This document shows, piece by piece, positions 11,826 to 23,200 of a stretch of 64,000 nucleotides of DNA. The stretch is from Lingula anatina. Taxonomy: Eukaryota > Animalia > Brachiopoda. Under the pieces are notes generated by a model. That model was not told the DNA's origin and ran no database searches. It saw nothing but the letters and a program-made list of their open reading frames with translations. Where the stretch lies: contig CM120645.1 in NCBI GenBank assembly GCA_051362555.1, positions 15,314,001 through 15,378,000 of the forward strand, written 5' to 3'. Numbering within the stretch: position 1 is the first letter of the stretch; each line of letters opens with the position of its first letter. A program made the position numbers and the translations under genes.

Positions 11826-14192
11826 ACATATATACATGACAGGACATACATGTACAATGCTACAATGCTTAATACAAAAACTGCCTTTTGTTAAAAAAGC
11901 CTAAATGAAGGGTAAAATCTTGAAAAAAATGAAGGTGCGAATGTCAAAAATCCATTTATGTGGCCTCTGTAATTGAAGAATTTCAAAATATTTTTGTAAC
12001 AGATAAGTTCTTTTTTACCTATACCCTGCTAGGTCTGAGAGAAGATTACAGTACATAATGTGCCAAGAATATCGTATTTTTGCCCAGGCAACCCGATCTT
12101 GACCACCAGTTCATTGACAACATAACTCATTTTCTGGCACACAGTTGCACCAATGCACATGTGCACTGTCAAAAAATGTGTATGTTTTGCCATTTAAATC
12201 ATCTTCAAACAAACAAACATGCGAGTGAAAGGTGATCTAGATGAAACTGAAAAGGCAATTTCCACATTTGTTAGTGAGCCAAGAGAGACAGGAAGGTAAT
12301 TTTCACATTCCGTCAAGAGACTGAAGATCATCAATGGGAGATTGAGTGCAATCTGAGTGCGATGAAAATGAAATTTTCATACTTTTTCAATGGACTTCAT
12401 TGCTGGATTCATCAGGAGAAGATCAACAGTGACCAAAGCAAGCCTAGAAGGCAATCTTCAAATATTCAGGGTGAGATCATAAGTGATCCAAATGAGACGA
12501 GAAGGCAGCTTTCATAGTTGTTAAGTTGATTGTTGCATGATGTACTAAGGCTCCCTATATACATTATTTCATATCCATTGAAGTAGGGTGAGAAAGTGCA
12601 AATGGTGGGAAATGTACAGTAATGTGCCATGACTTTCTTACAGAATTAAATAATTTGAATAAGGAAAAGATCATTTTAGGCAAAATTCATGAAATGGGAG
12701 AATCTCAGAAATTCAAGATATTTGGATTTCATGAAATTCTTGACCAGAAGTTGTCTGTACCTCACTAGGCTTTATGTTATCTTTTCCCAACGATCTCTGT
12801 GTCAGTTACGATATTGTATAAAAAGGTAGCATTGGTAATTGCAATTCAACAATTACCCCATCACTGTGTAAGGTCCAAGGTGCTAGATAACGATCACAGC
12901 ATTGTTATCAGTAGTGTCGTTTTTCATGAGTGATTCTGGTAGCCAGAAACTTGTGTCGTTTTTAGAAAACGATCCTGGCGCCCAGAACAGGAGTGGAGGG
13001 AGCATCTATCCTGACCAGATAACCTTCTCCGTGGAAGCCGGGCTTATTGTTAATGTTATTCCTCTCTGTGCACTGAAGCGGAGATGACAGCCAATCGATG
13101 TCTATGGAGCACAATTAGCCTTCATCAGTATTAGCATCTACGGCGACCAGGTTTGTTGATTTTAAGATTGTTCGAATTTTAGGAGCCATTTGAGCATAAA
13201 TCACCAATATTTTCAATCCTTGCTTAGTGCTGAAAATGAGAATGAAAAATAACAAATGCATGTTAAAGGCTGGAAATAAATTTTTAGATTTCAAACTTTA
13301 ATGAAACTAATGTGGATGAATGTTGGGTATTTAGATTATTGCAATTATTTGATTTGTTTTACCTGACATAACAATAAATTTTTCAGTTGATTTTTTTTTA
13401 TCTCAATACAAAATCAATTTTCGAACATCATAGAGCTTTACCAACTTTCCAACACCAGTGCCACACTGCTGGGTTGACAATACTCGTCTCCAACATCAGA
13501 AAAAAATCATGCTGATTTTTTCTTATTTTAATGATAAAATGATAAATATGTGAAGGAAAGAAATTTCACAAAATGTACCGCAGAAAAAGAAGCTTTTCCA
13601 ACTCGGACTGCATTTAAGTCCTGTGTTACTTTCCTGTAAGTTTGAGAAGAGTAACTGACATGGTTTTTCTTTAATGGTCACTGGAAAAGGGTTGTCTTCA
13701 ATTTGATGCAATATTACATAATGCTTAATGGCATAATGACCATCACTTTTTAATAATAAAATAAAGTATCATGGATAATCAGAAAATGTAACTAGCAAAA
13801 GTCTTCAGGTCCATGGAAGTTCAGAGTTACACCTTGAAAATGAAAAAATGTAAACAAGAGATGACTGTACTGAAATGAGTTTATTTCCATTTTCAACACA
13901 TTTTTTTCATAAAACAAAATAATCAATTTACTGTCATTTTTATATGATCAACTAAAAAAACTGTTGAAATAAGAAAAATATCAATAGAACAATTTCAAAA
14001 GTCCAATTTGCTCCATTCTGAGATTCTGAACATAGTGAATGATTGAATCTGACAAACTGCAATGATATGAGTTTATTTCCATTATTGACACTATATTACA
14101 CAATACACGATAACAGGTTTACTATCATTTTTATTTAATCAACTAACAATATTGTTAAGAAGCAGAAAATGTCAAAAGAACACTTTCACATT

Positions 14193-16061
14193 TGGTAACG
14201 TGCCAAACAATTTGACTGGTGCAATCAATCCGACCAAAAAAATTATTTTCTAAAGTGATTTTTTCTGGGCTCAAACATTTAGACCAATCGGCAAAATCAT
14301 GTGACAATTTCTTGTTCCCATTGTTTGACCATATTGGCGGCAAGACTAAATTTTCAGGCCAGTGAGATAGATGCTGCATGCCTCGGCCCTTTGTCAATTG
14401 TTGTGCTTTTAATAGCTCTCGTCAAAGAGGAAAAGAACAATTAATTGACGATCTTATCTGGATGCGTGATGTACCTGTTATTTCTTTTGTGCCCGATAAC
14501 AATAATAATGCTTACAAACATACAGTTTGTGCTAATTTAGCAGACTTGCCTCTGCTGACTGATTCGTCAGGCCTGTAACTGCTGGAGGGGGGGGGGGGGA
14601 CATTTTGAAGAATTAAAAGGGTCTGCTTTGGGTTAAACCAAATATCGACAGTGGGTTGGATATGTCATAAAACACGTTCACACAGACCATATAGCGTTTG
14701 CTAGCTATAAGAATTTGTGAGAAGAATAGCTGATTTATACCCCCGTCACACTAGAGGCAGAATGAGCAAGAATGCCATCGGAAAGACAATTCTTTGTGCA
14801 TTCCTGGATATTCAAAGAGCATTTTAAAAATTCCGAGTGCATTTAAAACATTTTTACCCATTCAAATGTGCCTCGGATAAGCTGAAATATTAATTTTGCC
14901 AGCAACTGAACTACATTAGTACGCCATTCAAAGCATATTTTAAATATTCCTACTGCCTACTGACAGTATTATAAATATTCCTAGTTTTCCATCTACATTC
15001 GAACTGCTTTTGAGAGCTAATGCAGACGAAAGTGCATTAATCATTCCAGGCGAATTCAAGCGCATTCTGAGTATTCCAATGGTACTCTTACAATAATTGA
15101 GGTCAATTTGAAATTTTTCCCCGAATTTGGTGCCAATTTTAAAAATTCTTCGTTCAGGCTCATTCTTCTTGATTCCTGCTGATTCTGAATATGTGTGACG
15201 GGGATATAATTTTTAAGATTGATTAAAATATAGATGCAAAAGGGGGATACGTTCTTGGAGTCAAATACCGCAAGATCCTACATTTATTACTAGCCTACAC
15301 AATCATTTGACTGAAGATCAGAGGGATCGATCGCCCAGACTTCTTGGCGCCAAATACTGTGCATTGTCAAATTCTGACGAACATGTGTGAGCTTTTCGCC
15401 TACATGGAAAATAGATTTGTGAACAATAAAAATGACGTCTTCCTCATCTCCTTATAAGAAAATACAGTAGCTTATATGGTAGTAAAATGGGCATGAAACA
15501 TTGATATTATTGAGCGTAATCCGTGAAGAACGCCATTCCTGTGACCCCTCCCCCACAATGGGACCATCTTGATTAACATGTGGTTTGTGCTAGGTTTGCT
15601 GGAGCACACCAGATCAGACCAGTCATCATTTTTGTGTTTGCTTGGTTCTAACTTCAAATTAAAGATGCATCTGTTTTTTAAAAATCATAGCAAATGAATG
15701 CTTATTTTACGTTCGGGTTATAACAGTAGGGTTTTAAATATGTACCAGGACTTGTGCACCGCTTCTGTATAAAAATAAGAAAATCGAAAGAGTCCCAACA
15801 AGATAAGACGGGTAATGTCACGCTTCCAGATAAGATCTTCCTCATTGATGAGAGGTATTGAAAGCACAACAATTGACAAAGGGCTGAAGCATGCAGCACC
15901 TATTTCACTGGCTTGAAAATTTACCGAGTCTTGTCTAGATGGTATGGTCGAACAATTGGACAAGAAAAAATTCTGTCGCATGATTTTGACGATTGGTCTT
16001 TAGAGAATAATTTCTTTGGTCAGATTGATAGCAACGGTCAAACTGTTTGGCACATTACCGT
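14193..16061. mobile_element. Old TIR DNA transposon derivative with ~290-bp diverged TIRs (Tc1/mariner/pogo-like ends)
   Basis: 14193-14480 is the reverse complement of 15808-16061 (ggtaacgtgccaaaca... / ...tgtttggcacattaccgta). No transposase ORF. Confidence 0.7.
14738..15207. mobile_element. MITE nested in the TIR element
   Basis: tacccccgtcacac...gtgtgacggggata termini in a TA context; interior rich in gcattc. Confidence 0.65.
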
Positions 16062-16495
16062 AACTGAATTTTGCTCTATTTACTATTTCTCCCTGGTATT
16101 ACTACTTAGGCTATGATTTGGTTCTATTCATCTGTCTGTCGAATTGTTTTTCAACATAAAACATCATGGAAAAGCTTGTGGACTGATTTTGATGAAATTT
16201 TTAAAAACTGTTGGGAGTAAACTCAGTAAGAAGTGATTAAATTTGGTGGACCAGTGATCCATCATTTAATCAACAGTTTAAGAGGACAACAAGCATCAAT
16301 ATGTTCTTTAGTACCAGGGTATCAAAATCAAGGGAGTTAATTCCTTTAGTCTTATAACACAGGATTAAATGATGTTATAATGCCTGTTGAAAACTATCTG
16401 TGGAGGAGAGATGATCTGTGATCAGTATTTTCTTTGCTGTTCGAGGGAGTGTTAATTGGATTTATCTTTTCTCAATCTTTGTAAGTTAATCCCCT

Positions 16496-16531
<36 letters not shown>

Positions 16532-16912
16532 TGAAAAGGCAGCACAAATTTTATCTAGTAAAAAATAAATCAAACCATAAGGTATCTTTTGTCTGTAGCA
16601 CTGGGCATTACACATTGTGAATGTGCGCAAGTGTCTCGATTCCATAACTCGCCCATACTCGCACCATATAATGCATTGTAGCCTCTATGTGATATCACTA
16701 TTCGCAATACGCAATGCTTGCAAGTTACGGGGCCCTGGTTGATCTACCAATCCCATAACAACTTGATCAGATTCAACTGGCATTATTTGTGTTTGTGTAT
16801 GAGTTGTCCTTTTCCTTTTTTTTCTGATTTTTTAAATGAAAAAATGCATCAACAACACATTATCATGCAAATAGTGTTTAATTTTTATGTTATCTTTGCA
16901 GACATAACTACG

Positions 16913-18769
16913 ATGAACAGGCCAGAATTACCACATGTAGAAATGATAGACCCCAGCTTTGCCTATTTATTGAAAGACGGTATTTGTCAGCTGAAGGAGA
17001 ATGAAACTCTCTGCGATGTAACCATAAAAGTTGAAGGTCAAAATTTCCCATGCCACAAAGTTGTTCTGGCTTCCATTTCAAAATATTTTGAAGCAATGTT
17101 TACAAGTTCTATGAAAGAAGAAAAATCTGCCGAAATAGAACTGAAAGATATGGAACCCCAGGTATTTGAAACCATATTAGAATTCATTTATACAGGAAAG
17201 TGCAAGATATCCACAGAGAATGCACAAGCTGTCATGTATGCAGCAGACATGCTTCAAATTTCTACTTTGATTAAACTATGTGGCAAGTACATAGCAAGGA
17301 ATTTAACGCCAGAAAATTGTCTGCCCATTTGGCAGTTTGCTGATGCCATTCAATGCAGAGAGCTCATCCAGAACAGTATGCATTTTTCCTTACAAAGCTT
17401 TTCAAAAGTTCCATTTTCTTCAGTGACATCACTGTCAAAAAATATTTTTATTCAATACATATCTAATAATGGTTTACGTATTGAATCTGAAGATAATGTC
17501 GCTCAAATTGCTCTTCAATGGATAGAGGCAGAACCAGAGAGAAAGACTGATGCTGTAGAAGTTCTAAATCATGTTCGGTTCTCTTTTGTAAGTTCTCAAT
17601 ATTTGATGGCACTAATGGAACATGATATCATACAGAATGATAAATGCATCTTAAAGCTCCTCCACCAAGCCCAACTTTTCCAGTCAGACCCTACCATGTA
17701 CTTTGAGTTACCATATCCCCAAGCATCACCAAGGGATTCTTTGCAAAGACGAGAGCGTATTGTTTTTATAACTAAAAATTACAACCATATTTGTAAACTG
17801 ACCTCAAGTTTGGCCCAACCAGATTGGAAGTTGGAAGTTGTAAGAAGTATATATTGTTTTAACTCGAGAGATGCGACCATTTGCAGCAGTCCTGCCAACT
17901 CTAAGCTTTATTTGACCGGAGGAATGGCTTACCCAAGGAGACTGACCATGATTGAACTTTCATTAGGCCAGGATGGAACTCACAAAGAACTTCAAGATAT
18001 GGTGATTGGAAGGCAAAACCATACTATGGTAATACTTGGTGAGTGTTTATATGTGACTGGGGGTCTACAAGTCAAAGAAACTGTCACAAGACTACTGCCA
18101 TTTCAGCTAGGTAACAATGTAAGTACCATAGAAGCCTCAGTTCATGTCTACAGCATCAGGTTCAACAAATGGAGACCAGCAGGTAATCTGCTTACTGGGG
18201 TAATGCAACATGCCTCTGTCTCTTTTCAAGGTAAAATCTACACTTTTGGAGGAACAACTGCAAAATCTGGCTCTCTACAAGGTGCCACTAACAAGGTTCA
18301 AATATACTCCCCAAAAACAGGAGAATGTAAGCTGGGCCCACAAATACCTTCAGCTATTTCCATGTGCAGCGCCACAGTAATGGAAGAGTCCATTTTTGTT
18401 GTTGGTGTTGAAGAAAAACTGGATTCAGATTCCAACTCTGATAAAGATGATGACTGTGGTTCTAAAGAAGAGGATGAAAAAAATCCAGTATTCTATCAGT
18501 TCAAGCCCCTAGATGGATTGTGGATCAAACTCACCTCACCCATCAACATAACAAATTCAGCTCTATGTACATTTCATGGAAAAATCTGGAATATTGTGGT
18601 TGGTTCTGAGTTCAAAGTGTACCTCTACAACCATTTGAATGATATGTGGGAGAGTAATACTGATGACTCCGAAGATTCATATGAATTGGAAGATCCAGAT
18701 GAATCAGAAGATCGTGATATATCAGAAATTCTGAATGATTCAGTAAAGTGCATGCAGATAACTTACTAG
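16913..18769 (+). CDS. Kelch-like (BTB-BACK-Kelch) protein K2, 618 aa, single coding exon
   Basis: Same architecture as K1. Acceptor tctttgcAG at 16901, ATG at 16913 aligned with paralog starts. Confidence 0.93.
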   Translation: MNRPELPHVEMIDPSFAYLLKDGICQLKENETLCDVTIKVEGQNFPCHKVVLASISKYFEAMFTSSMKEEKSAEIELKDMEPQVFETILEFIYTGKCKISTENAQAVMYAADMLQISTLIKLCGKYIARNLTPENCLPIWQFADAIQCRELIQNSMHFSLQSFSKVPFSSVTSLSKNIFIQYISNNGLRIESEDNVAQIALQWIEAEPERKTDAVEVLNHVRFSFVSSQYLMALMEHDIIQNDKCILKLLHQAQLFQSDPTMYFELPYPQASPRDSLQRRERIVFITKNYNHICKLTSSLAQPDWKLEVVRSIYCFNSRDATICSSPANSKLYLTGGMAYPRRLTMIELSLGQDGTHKELQDMVIGRQNHTMVILGECLYVTGGLQVKETVTRLLPFQLGNNVSTIEASVHVYSIRFNKWRPAGNLLTGVMQHASVSFQGKIYTFGGTTAKSGSLQGATNKVQIYSPKTGECKLGPQIPSAISMCSATVMEESIFVVGVEEKLDSDSNSDKDDDCGSKEEDEKNPVFYQFKPLDGLWIKLTSPINITNSALCTFHGKIWNIVVGSEFKVYLYNHLNDMWESNTDDSEDSYELEDPDESEDRDISEILNDSVKCMQITY

Positions 18770-20058
18770 TCAGACATGCAAGCTACATAGACACAAAGGG
18801 GACTTAAAGGCACGACCATGGATATAGATAATTGTTCTTAAAAAGGCTACAAAAATTTTTTTTTTAATGTAATTGTTTTATTCTGGATTGGTTATTAATG
18901 TGAAAAAATGACACTGATTTTATTTTAAATTGACAACTACCTCTGTTGTAAATGCCCCTAGAGAGGTTTATGAACAATCAACAGTCAAAGCAAAACTTGT
19001 TGGCCCCAAACCCAATATCAATTAAGTAATAGTGAAGTGGGGCCAGCGATACTTATAAAATCTGCGCATGCACTAGCAAACCAGGTGACCAATGTACAGC
19101 TATGGAGACCAAGATAGACATCTTAATTAAGAGTTTATCCAGAACACTTGAACGTCACCTTCAAACCTGAGGCAATTTTCTGTGACTGAAGATTAGAGTA
19201 GGTCACCAAAGGTGGTTCCCCAAGTGGTGGGAAGCCCAGTTTTTTAGCAAGAATATGGGTGGTTTACATCTTGAAGACATACATAGTTATATCAGACAAT
19301 ACTACAATGTATCATATAACATTATATTACTATATTATACATTATAACATTCTATCCCTGTATACAATTCACTTAAATTGATGTGAAGAAAAGCTGGAAT
19401 TCTATTTAAATTGTTTGTTACCTGCTATTTCATAATTATTTCATGTTACACTACCTAGCTGCCATCATGATGACCCCAAAAATTTAACTTGCTATTTGGT
19501 TAAACTTAAAAGAAGACTGGTAGCCTAGGCAGATTTCATGAAAAAATATTCTGAAAGCAATTAAATAAAAAAGTTTTAGTTAAACTTTTAATGTTTTGAG
19601 ATGTTAGTCACTTTTCACATTTGTTATGTACACTTAACTGTACTGCAATGTTTTGACCGGTCTTAACATATAGTAATATTACTTGGAGGGGGAGGGGGCA
19701 TGTTACATGTGTGGGTTCTGTTAAGATGACTTTCATATGTAAAACCTCTAAAATTGTTGGTGTGCAAATACATATTAGGAAGATATGCATGCTATAACTC
19801 AAAGATATGCCACAGATTATAGATACCTAGTTTTTATAATGAAAATTATTAGAACTATACGTATCTTATTGTTTTTGTGTCTTAATGAGAAATTATTTTT
19901 TATAAACAACATCAACAACAAAAGGTATTGTAGGTCAGAAACATTTTTGATAACAGTAAGGGGTTCTGACATATTTCAAATAAAATGACTATATGGGGTA
20001 GTCCTTGTGAGTTTAGATTTAAATAGATCCAATGGATTCACTGAATTTGAAAAAAAAA

Positions 20059-20061
<3 letters not shown>

Positions 20062-20128
<67 letters not shown>
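20062..20128. repeat. (TA)n microsatellite
   Basis: Direct reading. Confidence 0.98.
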
Positions 20129-20129
<1 letters not shown>

Positions 20130-20215
20130 TAAAATGCCCAAAATATTACTATTCCTTTAGTCAAAAGAACAACTTGTTCAGTATTAGCCTGGTTAATTAA
20201 CTACTGTATACAGGG

Positions 20216-23200
20216 TGTAACTGACAAGTAGCATAATTGTAGTATCGGTGTTGATGGTTTTTAGTTTTTGCCCAGCACGTGCCATGTTAACTTTTTTAGA
20301 CAGTCTCGCAACGAGTTTCAAGTTGTTTCCAGTTGAAAGTTGATGTAAGTTGACTTAAGTTGATGAAACTTTATGTAACTGATACAAGACAATACACAGT
20401 ACCAGTTGATGTTACCAGTTGATGTTATATATCGTTGACAGTTGAATAAAATTGATCGACACCCGCAACAGTGAAACTCGAGAGATCTAAAGGTCAAAGG
20501 TCAAAGATAAAAAAAAAAAAAATGGACGTGCAACAAAAAATGGAAGACATAGAAACGGCCAGCTTATTTAGCAGTTTGAGCACAAGCTCAACTGAAGCTC
20601 GCTTGAAAGCGAAGGCAAAACGGATGGCCATTGAGGCAGAATTGGCATCTTTTGAAGTGAAGAAACATTTGGACGAACAGGAATTGAAATTGAAACAACA
20701 AAGGGAGAAACTCAAGTTGGACACTGAAAGAGCAAAATTGTTAGCAGAGGAAACTGCGTATGCTGAAGCTGAGATGGAGACCAGTGCCCCAATTTCATCT
20801 ACGAAACAGGACATTCAGGTAAATTCCACCAACTTGACTCAAAACCAGAGTAGTCATGATGTGATTCATCATTTAGTGAACTCTATACAAATTCCTAAAG
20901 TTGAAATAGACAAATTTGACGGAGACCCTCTTCAGTATTGGAATTTTATCAAAACTTTTGAAAATAGTGTGGAGAAAGAAACTGTGGACAGCGGCGCAAG
21001 ATTAATTCGTTTGCTTCATTATACCAGTGGAAAGGCTCATGGTGTAATTCAGTGTTGTGCTGTAATGAACCCTGAAGATGGATATAAAAAGGCTAAAGCA
21101 TTGCTTAAGGAAAGATTTGGTTCAGCCTATACTATTACGGAGACATGGGTTAAGAAAATCACGACAGGCCCAGCCATAAAGGCAAATGATGTCACAAAAT
21201 TGAGGGATTATGCCGACGAGTTAAGGACATGTGCTGAAACGCTTGAAGCAATGGGAAATTCCTCAGAGTTGAGCACACAAAGCTCACTGGTCAAAATCAT
21301 TGAACGTCTCCCTGGTTATTTGCAGCACAAATGGAAACAAGAAGTACGTAAGATAAGAAAGGAAGGAAGGTGCCCAGATATTAAAGATGTCACTGCATTT
21401 GTTGTTGAAAATGCAGAAATAGCAAATGATCCAGTGTATGGTGGCCTAGCACATGTGAAAAGGAGTGACAGTCGCAGTGATTCACAGAGGCGACCCAACA
21501 ACCGATGGAGTTACAGTATTACAGCTACCAGCTCACAGCCTAAGGGTGACACCAGTTCACAGCCTTATGGTGACACAAGAAAATCTATTCAGTCACCATG
21601 CATTAAGTGTGGCAGCAGTCATTCATTATTTGGGTGTACAGAATTCAAAGCCATGAAATTGCCTGAGAGACTCAAATTTGCCAATGACAATAAACTGTGT
21701 TACAACTGTTTAAAGCCAGGACATTTCTCTGAGATGTGTAGATTACAACGTACGTGCTCAGTGCAAGGGTGCAATCAAAAACACACTAAATTCTTGCACC
21801 AGGTGAAGCCAACTGTTACAAGGGAACCAGTTCATGAAGATTTATCTCACATTCAGACAGGGCTTAACACTTCTCTCAGTGCTGTAAATGAAGTTTCGTA
21901 TGGAGCTCATGGGACCAGAAAGGAAAGTGGTATGCGAATTGCCTTGCCAATAGTACCAGTGAAAGTGAAAGTTCCAGGAAAAGCACAGTTTGTGCACACC
22001 TATGCGTTGCTGGACTCTGGATCCACCAGTACTTTTTGCTCAGAAGAGTTGAAGCAGTCTATTGGTGCACAGGGTGAAAATACAGTGTTAAAGCTTACGA
22101 CCTTAGAAAAGGAACAGAGTGTCTCAGAGACTGTAGTGATCAGTTTACAGATTTCTGATTTAGAACACAAAAATGTGATTGATTTGCCAGTTGTGTATAC
22201 AAGACCATCATTACCTGTAAACATGGAAAACATGGGTCGTGCAGAGGACATCAGAAAGTGGAGTCACTTACAAGATGTGAATTTTCCCGAAATAGATCAC
22301 ATGAATGCCAAGGTGAGCATAATAATTGGGCAAGACAATCCAGAGGTGCTTATGCCTATTGATGTGAAGAGAGGTCAAAGTCCAAATGAGCCATATGCGA
22401 CAAAAACTGTGTTGGGCTGGACATTAAATGGACCGCTTGGTGGCAAGCGTAGACATGTTGCCACGGCAACATTTATTCAGGCAGATCGTGAGCTGAATGA
22501 GCAATTGGAGCAGTTTTGGAAAATAGAAGGCCATGGAACATTGATATCTGATAAAAAGGGTTTATCAATTGAAGACAAGCGGGTCATCGCTTTATGGGAA
22601 GATAAGATTCAACATGACGAGCATTACAGTTTACCGATACCATTTAAAGACAGGCAGCCTCAATTTCCGCCAAACAAGCAGATGGCCGAGCAACGCCTAG
22701 ACAGCTTAAAGCGAAAATTGTCACATGATCCTAACTTACATCAAGCGTACACAGAATTCATGGAGGACTTAATTGACAAAGGTTATGCAGAACAAGTCAG
22801 CCCTGAGGAAGTTGACAAAGAAGACGGCAGTGTATGGTACCTACCCCACCATAATGTTGTGAACCTCAAAAAACCAGACAAAGTAAGGGTAGTATTTGAC
22901 TGTAAAGCTAGCCATCAGGGTGTCTCATTGAATAGTCAAGTTCTACAGGGGCCAGACATTGTGAATTCTTTATTAGGTGTATTGTTACGCTTTAGACAGC
23001 ACCCTATAGCCATCATGTCTGACATAGAAGCCATGTATCATCAAGTGAAGGTACCAGAAGTGCAGAGAGATTCTCTTCGTTTTCTATGGTGGCCTAAAGG
23101 AGATCTGGAAAGAGAAGAGAAAGTTTATCGAATGACAGTACATTTGTTCGGTGGCAAATGGAGTCCCAGTTGCTGTAATTTTGCATTGCAACGCACAGCA

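Noticed and set aside
16718-16912. N-terminal extensions of kelch ORFs in the ORF track (also 9939-9962, 35953-36081)
   Set aside because: They run through polypyrimidine/AG acceptor sequence and are not conserved among paralogs, so they are intronic.
20471-20521. GTG start for the BEL ORF
   Set aside because: It overlaps the PBS region; the first ATG is at 20522.
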